Below are positions 17,132 through 27,349 of a DNA stretch of 64,000 bases, piece after piece (position 1 is the stretch's first letter; every line of letters starts with the position of its first letter). The DNA lies in NCBI GenBank assembly GCA_965219085.1, contig OZ244720.1:2144001-2208000 (forward strand). The letters are read 5' to 3'. A program made the position numbers and the translations under genes. The notes under the pieces were generated by a model. It had not been told where the DNA came from, made no database searches, and was given only the letters and a program-made list of their open reading frames with translations. The stretch comes from Dehalococcoidia bacterium. GTDB taxonomy: Bacteria > Chloroflexota > Dehalococcoidia > UBA2979.

Positions 17132-17221
17132 TGGCGGAGGGGGTGGGATTCGAACCCACGGTGACGCAAGCGCCACGACGGTGTTCAAGACCGCTCCCAT
17201 AAACCGCTCGGGCACCCCTCC
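17132..17221 (-). tRNA. tRNA-Ser(TGA)
   Basis: GGAGGGG acceptor stem, anticodon arm GCGGT-CT-TGA-AC-ACCGT, long variable arm, TTCGAATCC, encoded CCA. Confidence 0.95.
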
Positions 17222-17312
17222 ATGCACCAGTGTGCGGCGAGATCGGGCGCGCTGGCTACCCGGACGATCGGATGCGCTGACGCAACGGCGTTGACGCGTT
17301 AACATCTCCGGG

Positions 17313-18959
17313 ATGGCGGAGTTCAAGCCCAATACTCTCTACTACGGCGACAACCTTGAGGTGCTGCCCGATTTTCCGTCGGAATGCGTCGACCTCGTCT
17401 ACCTCGACCCGCCGTTCAACTCGAACCGCTCATACAATGTGCTCTTCCGCGAATCGGCCGGAACCGAGGCTGAGGCGCAGATCGAAGCGTTCGAGGACAC
17501 TTGGCAGTGGACGACAGTGACCGCTGAGGTCTTCGATGAGGTCGCGTCACGCGGCGATGACGTGGGCCGACTACTCCAGGCCTTCGTGAGCGCCCTCGGC
17601 CACAATGACATGACGGCCTACCTGACGATGATGGCCCCACGCCTCATCGAGCTACGGCGCGTGATGAAGCCGACCGCCTCGATCTACCTCCATTGCGACC
17701 CGACGGCGAGCCACTACCTGAAGACCCTGATGGATTCGGTCTTCGGTGCAAGAAACTACCGTAACGAGATCGTGTGGAGGCGTTCTCTGCCGCATGGGAA
17801 TGTTTCGCGATCCTTCGGCCGGATTCACGACACACTCTTCTTCTACGTGTCGTCGGATCGCGACGCCGTGTGGAACCAACCCGCCGTGCCGTATACGGAA
17901 CCGGACGAGCGTACGCGTCAGCAGTACCGCAACTGGGATCCGAAGCGTGAGGATTGGTGGCAGCCCACCTCGCTGCTCAATCCGAACCCAGACCGGCCGA
18001 ACCTTACATATGAATTCCACGGCCACACTCGTGTGTGGCGGTGGACGCGGGAGCGCATGGAGGAGGAGGACGCTGCGGGTAACATCTACATCCCTCCCGG
18101 TGGCGGCGTCCCGCGTTACAAGCGATACCTCAGCGAGCAGCGCGGTCGTCTGGTGCAGGACATTTGGGATGACATCCCGCTGATGCCTCGAGAGGAACAG
18201 CTCCCCTACCCCACGCAGAAGCCTGAGGCGCTCCTCAAGCGCATCATCGAGGCCTCCTCGAATCCAGGCGACCTCGTCCTCGATCCCTTCTGCGGATGTG
18301 GAACCGCTACCGTCGCCGCCCAACGGCTGGGACGGCGGTGGGTCGGCATCGATATCACTTACCTTGCCGTGGACCTGATGCAGCAGCGGCTCAGCGATAC
18401 CTTCCCCGACGACTTCGCCGATGGCGTGCCCGTCGATGGCGAACCCGCCGACGAAGCCGCCGCTCTCGCGCTCGCTGAGCGCGGCAAGTTCCAGTTCCAG
18501 TTCTGGGCCGTCGCCAGGCTCGGCGGGACCGCGCGCAGCGGCACCCCGCGCATGGGCCCTGATCAGGGCATCGACGGCGTGACTACGTTCCCGGAGCATG
18601 ACCCGAACGACCCCGACAGCCCCACGCTACAGCACAAGCAAGTCATCATCTCCGTGAAGGGCGGCGGCACGGGCGTGCGAGACGTACGCGACCTTCGCGG
18701 CGTCGTCGAGCGCGAAGACGCCGCGATTGGCGTACTCGTTACCGCCCGACAGCCTACGCGCGCGATGATCAACGAGGCCAACGCTGCCGGACTCTACCGA
18801 TCCGCATGGGACGACACCACGTGGCCGCGCATCCAGCTTCTGACCGCAGGAGACATCGTCCGCGGGGCGGGAATCGAGATGCCCTCGCGGCGAGGGATGC
18901 GCCAGTATCCGCGCGCCCCGCGCGCCACCGAGCAGGCTGATCAGGGCGAACTGATCTAA
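17313..18959 (+). CDS. N4/N6 DNA methyltransferase fused to a C-terminal Mrr-like endonuclease domain
   Basis: LYYGDNL, YLDPPFNS, YPTQKP, LDPFCGCGT; C-terminal DQGIDG...IISVKGG PD-(D/E)xK-like segment. Confidence 0.85.
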   Translation: MAEFKPNTLYYGDNLEVLPDFPSECVDLVYLDPPFNSNRSYNVLFRESAGTEAEAQIEAFEDTWQWTTVTAEVFDEVASRGDDVGRLLQAFVSALGHNDMTAYLTMMAPRLIELRRVMKPTASIYLHCDPTASHYLKTLMDSVFGARNYRNEIVWRRSLPHGNVSRSFGRIHDTLFFYVSSDRDAVWNQPAVPYTEPDERTRQQYRNWDPKREDWWQPTSLLNPNPDRPNLTYEFHGHTRVWRWTRERMEEEDAAGNIYIPPGGGVPRYKRYLSEQRGRLVQDIWDDIPLMPREEQLPYPTQKPEALLKRIIEASSNPGDLVLDPFCGCGTATVAAQRLGRRWVGIDITYLAVDLMQQRLSDTFPDDFADGVPVDGEPADEAAALALAERGKFQFQFWAVARLGGTARSGTPRMGPDQGIDGVTTFPEHDPNDPDSPTLQHKQVIISVKGGGTGVRDVRDLRGVVEREDAAIGVLVTARQPTRAMINEANAAGLYRSAWDDTTWPRIQLLTAGDIVRGAGIEMPSRRGMRQYPRAPRATEQADQGELI

Positions 18960-18972
18960 CTCGCCTATCACG

Positions 18973-19024
18973 TCGCGAGATCACCGGGGCCGGGGACGTG
19001 CCCCGGCCTCGTGTGTCTCGCGAC
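18973..19024. terminator. Long GC-rich hairpin between convergent genes
   Basis: Nested inverted repeat GTCGCGAGA..GGCCGGGG-acgtg-CCCCGGCC..TCTCGCGAC. Confidence 0.5.
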
Positions 19025-19037
19025 AGGTGACCCGACG

Positions 19038-20251
19038 CTAGGAGCGAGGCAGCCCCAGCCCGCGGGTGGCGATGATGTTGCGCTGCACCTCGGAGCTGCC
19101 GGCTGCGATCGTGCCGGGGATGTCGAGGACGTAGCGACGCGTGAAGAACGCCCGCGCCGGTGAGCGCTCGTCGTCCTCGTCCCACAGGTTCGCGTACAGC
19201 CCGAAACAGTGGACCGCGGTGCGCGCCACGTCCTCCGTCACCTCCGACAGGAACAGCTTCGTCATCGACGCTTCGTAGTTCGGGATCAGCCCGCGGTCCT
19301 GCATCGAGATGATGCGGAACGAGAGGTTGAACCCCACGTCGGACTCGATGTAGCGGTCGGCGATCTCGGTACGGGTGACGTCCGAGACGCGCGTCGTCGC
19401 CTCGCCCTCTCGCTGTGCAGGAAGTCGGTGAGGATGTCGAGCCGCCGCTTCGCGCTGATCGCGCCGGCGATGTTCGAGCGCTCGAAGTCGAGCAGCGTCG
19501 TGCCGACGTACCAGCCGCGGTTGACCTCGCCGAGCACGTTGTCGGCGGGGATGCGGACATCTTCGAAGAAGGTCTCGTTGAAGCCGTGCTCCCAGCCCAT
19601 GTTGATCAGCGGGCGCACGCTCAGGCCGGGCGTGTGGATGTCCTCGATCAGCACGAACGAGATGCCGCGGTGCTTCGGCGCGTCCGGGTCGGTGCGCACC
19701 AGCGCGAACAGCGAGTCGGCGACGTGCGCGCTCGAGGTCCAGATCTTCTGGCCGTTGATCACCCACTCGTCGCCGTCGCGCGTGGCGCGCGTCTGCAGCG
19801 AGGCGAGGTCGGAGCCGGCGCCCGGCTCGGAGTAGCCCTGCGCCCACAGCTTCTCGCCGTTGAGGATGCCGGGCAGGTACTGCGCCTTCTGCTCCTCGGT
19901 GCCGTGCACGATCAGCGTCGGGGCGAGCAGCGCGAGCCCGTTCGCGCCGACCTGCGGCGCGCCGGCCGCGGCCCGCTCCTGCGTGAAGATGAACTGCTCC
20001 ATGGGGGACATGCCCGCGCCGCCGTATTCCGTCGGGAGGTGCGGCGCGAACCAGCCGTGCGCGAAGAGCGCGTCGGTCCGCGCGTTGGCCGCGCCCTCGC
20101 GCTCCGGGTCACCGGAGCGGCGGTCCTGGCCCCAGTCGGAGTCGAGCCCGCGTGCGGCGCGCTCGCGGTAGTACGCGGGAATGCCATCAGCCTACGCCGA
20201 GCGCACCTCGGCGCGGAATGCCGCCTGTTCGGCGGTGTCTGACCAATCCAT
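19038..20251 (-). pseudogene. Acyl-CoA dehydrogenase, disrupted
   Basis: MDWSDTAEQAAFRAEVR, QGYSEPGAGSDLASL, NGQKIWTS, GSSEVQRNII; in-frame TAG at 20192-20194 and a frameshift near 19405. Confidence 0.85.
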
Positions 20252-20350
20252 GCGTTCCTGCCTTCCGGTCGGCGCCTCGCGCGCCGCGTCTCGCGCCCAT
20301 CATAACGACGCCCGCCGGAGACGCCACGACCTGCCGGGTTGCGCCGAGGG

Positions 20351-21358
20351 CTACCCGGCGGCGAGTGCGGCTTCGCCCTCGAACACGAACCCCGAGGCGT
20401 GCCACCGGCAGTAGCGGCCGTGCTCGGTGACGTGCTGGTAGGCGGCCAGCGCGGCGATCGCGCCCTGCGCCGCCGCCGTTACCGTCTGCTTGAGCGCGCC
20501 CGAGCCGTCGGTCAAGTCGCCCGCCGCGAACAGTCCCGGCACGTTCGTCCGCATCTCGCGGTCGACGTGCACCTCGTCGGTCTCGGCGTTGAGCTCGACG
20601 CCGAGCGCGCGGGCGAGGTCGACGCGTGGGTCGGCGCCCGCCTCGATGAACAGCACGTCGAGGTCGAGCGTGTCGCTGCCGTCGTGCGAGCGGGTGAGCC
20701 GCACGCCCGTGAGGCCTGCGTCGTCGCTGCCGAGCAGCTCGGCCACCTCGGTCTCCATCAGCACGTCGACGTTGTCCGCCTGGCCGAGCAGCTCGACGAG
20801 GACGGGCTCGGGCCGCCACAGCCGGTCGCCACGGTAGATGAGGTAGGTGCGGGCGGCGTGGCGAGCGTTGAGCAGGGCGCCCTCGACGGCGGCGTTGCCG
20901 CCGCCCACGACCGCCGCAACCTTGTCGCGGTAGAGCGGCGCGTCGCACGTCGAGCAGTACGAGACGCCGTGGCCTGTCCACTCCGCCTCGTTCGGGAGGC
21001 CGAGCGTCCGCCGCTCGCGGCCGATGGCGAGGATGACGGCGCTCGACTCGATCTCCGTGTCGTCGGAGAGCGTGGCGCGGAAGTGGTCGCCGTCGCTGGC
21101 GAGGGCGGTGACGTCGGCGTTGCGGATCGGGACGTCGTAGCGCGTGACCTGCTCCTGGAAGCGGAGCATGAGGTCGAAGCCGTCGATCTCCGCGTGGCCG
21201 GGGTAGTTCTCGATGGCGCCGCCGATGGCCGTCTCGCCGCCGAAGCGCTCCCCGGCGACGAGCGTCTTCACGCGGTAACGCGCGGTGTACAGCGCTGCCG
21301 CGTAGGCGGCGGCGCCCTGGCCCGCGATCAGTACATCGAAGTGTTCGGAGTCGGACAT
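20351..21358 (-). CDS. trxB: Thioredoxin-disulfide reductase
   Basis: IENYPG, GVSYCSTCD, VVGGGN, TNVPGLFAAGD. Confidence 0.85.
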   Translation of the reverse strand: MSDSEHFDVLIAGQGAAAYAAALYTARYRVKTLVAGERFGGETAIGGAIENYPGHAEIDGFDLMLRFQEQVTRYDVPIRNADVTALASDGDHFRATLSDDTEIESSAVILAIGRERRTLGLPNEAEWTGHGVSYCSTCDAPLYRDKVAAVVGGGNAAVEGALLNARHAARTYLIYRGDRLWRPEPVLVELLGQADNVDVLMETEVAELLGSDDAGLTGVRLTRSHDGSDTLDLDVLFIEAGADPRVDLARALGVELNAETDEVHVDREMRTNVPGLFAAGDLTDGSGALKQTVTAAAQGAIAALAAYQHVTEHGRYCRWHASGFVFEGEAALAAG

Positions 21359-21434
21359 GGCGCGCCTCCTTCGTGCGGTGCATTCCCCGGATCGAGGATA
21401 TGCCTGCCGGGGAGCCACTCCAAATGCGGCGCTG

Positions 21435-21977
21435 TTACGTCGGCGTGCCGTCCTCCGGCAGCGCACGGATCTCGCGCAGGCCGCGGTACAGCTCGGCGTA
21501 GTCGAGGCCGTAGCCGACGACGAACCCCGGCCCGAGTTGCAGGCCGGCGTAGTCCGGCTCGTCGTCAGCTGCGGGCCCGCCCTCGCGCACGAGCAGCGCG
21601 CAGCGATGCAGCGAGGCCGGCCGGCCGGCGGCGATGCGCGCGCAGATGGTGCGCATCGTGCGGCCCGTGTCGGCGATGTCCTCGACCACGATCACGTCGC
21701 GCCCCGTCACGTCGGTCTCGAGGTCCTTGGTGATCTCGACTGCGCCCGTGGAGCTCGTCCCGGCGCCGTAGGATCGCGCGCGCACGAAGTCGACCTCGGC
21801 GGGGACGGTGAGCTCCCGCAGGAGGTCGGCGAGGAACACGAACGAGCCCTTGAGCACGCCCACGAGCAACAGCGGCTGCGCGCTGCGCCGCCTCACCGCG
21901 TCCGCCTCGATGGCGCGGGCGAGGCGTGCGACGGCCTCGCGAATCTCGTCTTCGGTGAAGCGCGGCTCGAGGTCCAC
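21435..21977 (-). CDS. hpt: Hypoxanthine phosphoribosyltransferase
   Basis: VLKGSFVFLADL, VIVVEDIADTGRT, FVVGYGLDY. Confidence 0.92.
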   Translation of the reverse strand: MDLEPRFTEDEIREAVARLARAIEADAVRRRSAQPLLLVGVLKGSFVFLADLLRELTVPAEVDFVRARSYGAGTSSTGAVEITKDLETDVTGRDVIVVEDIADTGRTMRTICARIAAGRPASLHRCALLVREGGPAADDEPDYAGLQLGPGFVVGYGLDYAELYRGLREIRALPEDGTPT

Positions 21978-22088
21978 GCCCGTCCTCCTCGTGCGCCGGC
22001 GGGCATCGTACCGTGACGGGCGGCTCTGGTACGTTCGCCCCAGCCAGGGACGCCTCGCGACGACCGCGGAACGGGAAGGGCGGTTCGC

Positions 22089-23090
22089 ATGGACGAGTGG
22101 ATCCGGGCGCTGCCCAAGGCCGAGTTGCACATCCACATCGAGGGCTCGCTCGAGCCCGAGATGATGTTCGAACTCGCGGCCCGCAACGGGGTGGAACTCC
22201 GCTACGGCAGCGTCGAGGAGGTGCACGCCGCGTACGCCTTCACCGACCTCCAGTCGTTCCTCGACATCTACTACGAGGGCATGGCCGTGCTGCAGACGGA
22301 GCGCGACTTCCACGACCTCGCGCGCGCGTACTTCGAGCGCGCGCACGCCGACGGAGTCCGGCACGCCGAGCTGTTCTTCGACCCGCAGGCCCACACCGCG
22401 CGTGGCGTGCCGTTCGAGACCGTGGTCAACGGCCTGCACGCGGCGATCGAGGAGGCGCGCCGGGCCCTCGGGATTAGCGCGTCGCTGATCCTGTGCTTCT
22501 TGCGCCACCTCCCCGCGGCCGAGGCGATGACGACACTGGAGGAGGCGCTGCCGTTCCGCGACCGCATCGTGGGGGTCGGCCTCGACTCCTCCGAGGCGGG
22601 GTTTCCGCCCCAGGACTTCGCCGCGGTGTACGAGCGCGCACGCGCCGCAGGCCTGCGTGCGGTCGCGCACGCGGGCGAGGAGGGGCCGCCGGACTACGTC
22701 TGGCAGGCTCTGGACCTGCTCGGCGTCGAGCGCATCGACCACGGTGTGCGCAGCGAGGAGGACCCGGCGCTCCTCGAACGGCTCGTCCGCGACGGCGTGC
22801 CGCTCACGATGTGCCCGCTCTCCAATGTGAAGCTGCGCGTCGTCGACCGCATCGAGGACCACAACCTCGGGCGGCTGCTCGACCGCGGCGTCCGCGTCAC
22901 GATCAACTCGGACGACCCGGCCTACTTCGGCGGTTACATCGGCGACAACTACATCGCCGCCGCGGAAGCGCTCGCACTCAGCCGCGAGGAGGTCGTGGCG
23001 ATCGCCCACAACTCGATCGAGGCGACGTTCCTCGACGACGCGGCGAAGGCGGAGCTGCTGGCCGAGCTGGAGCGGGTCGCCTCGTCGTAG
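22089..23090 (+). CDS. add: Adenine/adenosine deaminase
   Basis: PKAELHIHIEGSL, HAGEEG, RIDHG, TINSDDP. Confidence 0.9.
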   Translation: MDEWIRALPKAELHIHIEGSLEPEMMFELAARNGVELRYGSVEEVHAAYAFTDLQSFLDIYYEGMAVLQTERDFHDLARAYFERAHADGVRHAELFFDPQAHTARGVPFETVVNGLHAAIEEARRALGISASLILCFLRHLPAAEAMTTLEEALPFRDRIVGVGLDSSEAGFPPQDFAAVYERARAAGLRAVAHAGEEGPPDYVWQALDLLGVERIDHGVRSEEDPALLERLVRDGVPLTMCPLSNVKLRVVDRIEDHNLGRLLDRGVRVTINSDDPAYFGGYIGDNYIAAAEALALSREEVVAIAHNSIEATFLDDAAKAELLAELERVASS

Positions 23091-23093
23091 CCT

Positions 23094-23681
23094 CTACACG
23101 CTGAGCACACCGTCGACGATCAGCCCGATCGCCACGACGACGAGCAGCGCGCCGGTGAGGCGCGCGAGCGCCTCGTCGAGTGGCTGGCGGTGTCGCCACC
23201 GCAGCAGCGGGCCTACCACCATCGCGAGCACCGCCACGCCCGACACCGCCACGGCGACGGCGATCGTCGGCGCCGCGCCGGCGCGCTCGCCGTAGGCGAT
23301 CGCGGCGGCCAGCGCCGCGGGGCTCGCCAGCAGGGGCACCGCGAGCGGCACGACGGCCCCCCGTGGGCTCGCGTCGAGGAGCGACGCCGTCGCCTCCTCG
23401 ATCGCGCGGCCGCGCAGGAGCGGGCGGGCAGCGCCGGCGAGCATGACGATGCCCGCGGCGATGTCGAAGCTCGACGCAGAGACGTCGAGCAGGTCGAGGA
23501 ACGGGCCGTGCAGGAGCGCGGCGAGCGCCAGCAGCACCGCGGCTGCCCCCCAGCCGGCAAGCACCAGCCTGACGCGGCGACCGCGCTCGATCGCTCTGAA
23601 CGTCTCGGGCAATGAGGCGACGGACGCGGGCGGGTTGATCGCGGCCCAGAACACGGCGAGCAGCAGTGGTACTTCGCTCAT
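23094..23681 (-). CDS. MarC family membrane protein
   Basis: AINP, VPLAVPLLASP, RLTGALL; about six hydrophobic segments. Confidence 0.8.
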   Translation of the reverse strand: MSEVPLLLAVFWAAINPPASVASLPETFRAIERGRRVRLVLAGWGAAAVLLALAALLHGPFLDLLDVSASSFDIAAGIVMLAGAARPLLRGRAIEEATASLLDASPRGAVVPLAVPLLASPAALAAAIAYGERAGAAPTIAVAVAVSGVAVLAMVVGPLLRWRHRQPLDEALARLTGALLVVVAIGLIVDGVLSV

Positions 23682-23688
23682 GGCGTGC

Positions 23689-24951
23689 TCACGGTAGCGC
23701 GCGCGGGATGGTCAGGGGCTCGGCGGGGGAGCGCAGCGTGCGGCCCTCGAGCGCGTCGGCGGCGAAGAGCAGGCCGGACAGCGCGTGCTGCTGGTCGTCC
23801 ATGCGCGTCTCGCCGCGCGTCACCCACGAGCCCTCGACGAATCCGGGCCGTGGGTAGGCGACGGCCTCGACGGCGTCCGTCTGACGCTTCGCGAGGAGGC
23901 TCGCGCCGGTCGCGAGGCGCTCCTCGATCGCGGGCTTGAGATCGGCCATGCGCGGGTCGGCCGCGGCGATGCGCCACAGCGCGCCCATCGCCTCCACCCA
24001 CGTCCCGAACGCGGCGGCGCGCACGTGCACGCGGATCAGCGAGCCGGGGCCGCCGAACAGCCCGTGCTCGCGCTGCGACTCTGCGCGGATCAGGAACCCG
24101 AACCGGCCCGCGAGGCGGCGCGCGTAGTCGATCTCCTCGTCGCTCAGCCCCCACTCCACCATCTCGGCCATCGAGTACGACGCCCAGTGGTCGGGGAGGG
24201 GGCGGAAGCGCACCTGCTCGACCTCGTCGCGGCGCGTGGCGAGGAAGATCGAGCCCGCGCGGGCGTGCGCGTCCCAGCCCTCGCCGGGCAGCGCCTCGTG
24301 CAGCAGCGCGAGGCCCCACGTCGCCTCGCCCGGGAAGTAGCGCGACGTCCCCACGTAGTCCGGCTCGCCGGCCCCGACGATCCACGCCACGTGGAAGCCG
24401 CCGTCCGGGCGCTGCATCGCGGCGAGGAAGCGGCCCAACTCGCGCATCACCTCGTCGTGGCGAGTGTCGCCTGTCGCCAGGCGCCGCTCGGCCAGCGCGA
24501 CGAGCATGAGCGCGCTCGCGCCGAGCTTTGCGCGGTGGCCCTCGGGCGTGGTCAGCGCCGCCCAGCCGTCGCGCCGGTGCAGGCGGCCGAGCATCCACTC
24601 GACCGCGACGTCGCCCCTGCGGAACGCCTCGGCGTCCCCGTCGCGCCCGGCGGACTGGAAGAGCGCCATCGTCACACCGGCGTGCCGCACCTCGTTGTAG
24701 TCGTCGGGGACGGTGTCGAGGTCGGCGTCGTAGACGTACGTGTAGCGGCCGTCCGGCTGCAGGTTGCGCTCGATCCACTCGCGCGCGGCCGTCGAGGAGG
24801 CCCGCAGCTCGTCGGGCGGCCGCAGGTCGCGCGACTCGGCCGGCACGACCGCGAGCCGCAGCACGAGGAGCAGCACGGCCCAGCCCGCGAGCCGGATCGC
24901 CACGCGCCGCCAGGCGTGCCCTCGGGTCGTCGCAGCTACTCGATCGGCCAC
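23689..24951 (-). CDS. Membrane-anchored hypothetical protein, probable alpha/alpha-barrel
   Basis: N-terminal transmembrane segment; DGRYTYVY, YNEVRHAG, KLGASAL, YFPGEA, DHW, RMDDQQHALSG; overlaps the capA-like gene. Confidence 0.7.
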   Translation of the reverse strand: MADRVAATTRGHAWRRVAIRLAGWAVLLLVLRLAVVPAESRDLRPPDELRASSTAAREWIERNLQPDGRYTYVYDADLDTVPDDYNEVRHAGVTMALFQSAGRDGDAEAFRRGDVAVEWMLGRLHRRDGWAALTTPEGHRAKLGASALMLVALAERRLATGDTRHDEVMRELGRFLAAMQRPDGGFHVAWIVGAGEPDYVGTSRYFPGEATWGLALLHEALPGEGWDAHARAGSIFLATRRDEVEQVRFRPLPDHWASYSMAEMVEWGLSDEEIDYARRLAGRFGFLIRAESQREHGLFGGPGSLIRVHVRAAAFGTWVEAMGALWRIAAADPRMADLKPAIEERLATGASLLAKRQTDAVEAVAYPRPGFVEGSWVTRGETRMDDQQHALSGLLFAADALEGRTLRSPAEPLTIPRALP

Positions 24952-26024
24952 CGCAGCACCCCCACGCCGTCCTCGATGGCGATGTCAGAATGCACCGTGC
25001 GCAGCACCTCGTCAGCCTGCGCGAGTGTGCAGGGCCGGGGCTGGAAGCCGACCTCGGCGTTATTGGTGCGGATGCAGTGCAGCCGCAGCTCCTCGAGGCC
25101 GTCGGGGCCGAACGCCGCCGTCGCCATCAGGCCGACGCCCGGGGCGTCGGTCGTGAACCGGCCGGGCGTGCCGAACACGAAGTTGCCGAGCGAGTAGACG
25201 GTGGGCATCCCGCCGACGACCTCGACGGGCTGGGCGACGTGCGGCCCGTGCCCGATGGCGAGGTCGTACCCCGCCTCGGCGAGCAGCGCCGCCTGCCTGC
25301 GCTGGGCGTGCACCACGTCGGCGTAGTTCACGCCCCAGTGCACGAACGCGACGACCCACCTCGCGCCGGCCTCGCGGGCGCGTCGTGCGCCCTCGGCGGC
25401 GTTGCAGCGCGTCAGCACGGCGATGCCGGGGCGGCTCGCGCCCGCGTTCCTGCGCACGCCGCCGCCCTGCCCGAACGCCACCACCCCGACGCGCCCGTGC
25501 GGCGTCTCGATGGTGAGCGGGCGCAGCGCAGCGTCGAGGTCCGAGCCCGCGCCGAACGTCGCCACGCCAGCGGCGTCGAGGTGCGCGACGGTGTCGGCGA
25601 GGCCGACCGGGCCGCGGTCGAGCGCGTGGTTGTTCGCGAGGCCAGCCGCCGAGACGCCCTCGGTCGCCAGCGCCTGCGCGGCCTCGGGGCGGGCGGCGTA
25701 GCTCCAGCGTTGTGACGGGTCGTAGACGGTGGTCCCAGTGGTGAGGGGGCCCTCGGCGTTGGCGATCACGTAGTCGGCCTCGGGGAGCGGGCGCAGCCCG
25801 TCGAACGCCCACGCGTAGCCGTTCGTGACGAGGCGCGACTCGGCCGCGTCGGCGAGCAGCGTGTCGCCCAGCCAGAGGACGCGGAACGCGGGCGCGTCCG
25901 AGCGCGGGGCCGGTGACGCCACGGCTGCCTCGAGGCTCCCGCCGCAGACGTGATCTGCTTCGCCCGCGCAGCCCGCCGCGGCGAAGGCAAGCGCGAGCGC
26001 TGCGGCGAGCGCGAGGGGGCGCAC
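24936..26024 (-). CDS. CapA/PgsA-family metallophosphoesterase-like lipoprotein
   Basis: Lipobox AAAGC; LGD, NAEGP, LANNHALD, VHWG, GHGPHV, YSLGNFVF. Confidence 0.88.
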   Translation of the reverse strand: MRPLALAAALALAFAAAGCAGEADHVCGGSLEAAVASPAPRSDAPAFRVLWLGDTLLADAAESRLVTNGYAWAFDGLRPLPEADYVIANAEGPLTTGTTVYDPSQRWSYAARPEAAQALATEGVSAAGLANNHALDRGPVGLADTVAHLDAAGVATFGAGSDLDAALRPLTIETPHGRVGVVAFGQGGGVRRNAGASRPGIAVLTRCNAAEGARRAREAGARWVVAFVHWGVNYADVVHAQRRQAALLAEAGYDLAIGHGPHVAQPVEVVGGMPTVYSLGNFVFGTPGRFTTDAPGVGLMATAAFGPDGLEELRLHCIRTNNAEVGFQPRPCTLAQADEVLRTVHSDIAIEDGVGVLRWPIE

Positions 26025-26035
26025 GACGTTCGCCC

Positions 26036-27349
26036 TCAGGCGCTCGGGGGCGTCGCCGCGTGGGTGCGGATGCGCCGCACTTCGGGCTGCGTGACCGCGA
26101 CGATGAGCGCGACGCAGGCCAACACGCAGGCGCCGACCGCGATCGCCACTCGGACGTCGAATGCGTTGGCGATGGCCCCGCCGACGAGCCCGCCGAGGCT
26201 GATCAGGCTGAACGTGATCGCGTGGATGCCCATCACGCGGCCTCGCAACTCCTCGGGCACGCGCAGCTGCATCACGGTCATCGAGGTGATGAGGAATATC
26301 GAGTTGGTCACCCCGGCGCAGAACGTCAGCGCGACGGAGAGCGGGTACACCGGTGACCAGGCGAACAGGAACACGAACAGGCTCGAGCCGAGGCTGGCGG
26401 CGAGCATCATCGGCCCCAGCCCCGCGACGCGCTGCAGGCGGAACGAGAGCACCGTCCCGCTCACTGCCCCTATCCCGATCGCCGAGAGCATGAAGCCGTA
26501 GCCCGTCGGCCCAATCCCGAGCTCGTCCGCCATCAGCGGCATCAGGAAGATGTACGACATCGCGAAGAACGTCGTCGTGTACGTCAGCAGCATCAGCGCC
26601 GCGAAGAGCCGCTCCCGCGCAATGAACACGACACCCCCGACCAGGTCGCGCACCACGGCGCGGCGCGGCCCCGTCACGGCTCGCTCGACGCGGAGCGCGA
26701 GCAGCACGACGAGCATCACGACGAAGCCGATAGCGGCGGCAGCGAACACGAACGCCGTCCCGAACGCCGCGATCGCAATCCCGGCGATGGCAGGCGACAC
26801 GATCCGCGTCGCCTGCCACATCACGGAGTTGAGCGCGACGGCGCTGATCATGTGCTCCTCGTCGATGAGTTGCGGGAAGAACGCGTTGCGCACCGGCCAG
26901 TCGACCCCGTAGACGAGGCCGAGCGCGGCGGAGATCGCGACGACGTGCCAGATGGCGACCGAGCCGGTCGCGTCGAGGACGGCGAGCATGCCGATCAGCA
27001 CGGCCGTGACGATCGAGGTGCCGATCAGCAGCTTGCGCCGGTCCATGCGGTCGGCGAGTACGCCGCCGAAGAGGTTGACGGCGATCGTCGGTACGGCGGT
27101 TGCGGCGCCGACGTACCCGAGGTCGAGCGGCGAGCCGCCGAGTCCGTCGACGACGAGCCAGCCCGTCGCGAGGATGACGAACTGCGTGCCCCCCACGGCG
27201 CCGAGCGAGCCGAACCAGAACCGCCGGTAGAGCGGATTTCGCAACGCACCGACGTCGTCGAGCATCGCGCGCATGCGCGAGGCGGGACGGGCGTCGTCCG
27301 GCGCGGCGGGTGCGGCCGGGGTCGGTGGAGCGGCGGTCTCTCGGCTCAC
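26036..27349 (-). CDS. MFS transporter
   Basis: GGVLADRMDRRK motif A, RGRVMG; about 12 hydrophobic segments. Confidence 0.88.
   Translation of the reverse strand: MSRETAAPPTPAAPAAPDDARPASRMRAMLDDVGALRNPLYRRFWFGSLGAVGGTQFVILATGWLVVDGLGGSPLDLGYVGAATAVPTIAVNLFGGVLADRMDRRKLLIGTSIVTAVLIGMLAVLDATGSVAIWHVVAISAALGLVYGVDWPVRNAFFPQLIDEEHMISAVALNSVMWQATRIVSPAIAGIAIAAFGTAFVFAAAAIGFVVMLVVLLALRVERAVTGPRRAVVRDLVGGVVFIARERLFAALMLLTYTTTFFAMSYIFLMPLMADELGIGPTGYGFMLSAIGIGAVSGTVLSFRLQRVAGLGPMMLAASLGSSLFVFLFAWSPVYPLSVALTFCAGVTNSIFLITSMTVMQLRVPEELRGRVMGIHAITFSLISLGGLVGGAIANAFDVRVAIAVGACVLACVALIVAVTQPEVRRIRTHAATPPSA

Noticed and set aside
17132-17221. Selenocysteine or suppressor tRNA
   Set aside because: The anticodon is TGA (reads UCA, Ser), not TCA, and the acceptor stem is the normal 7 bp
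7126-18959. Integrative element at the tRNA-Ser genes
   Set aside because: No integrase and no displaced tRNA 3' fragment found; accessory genes lie on the 5' side of each tRNA
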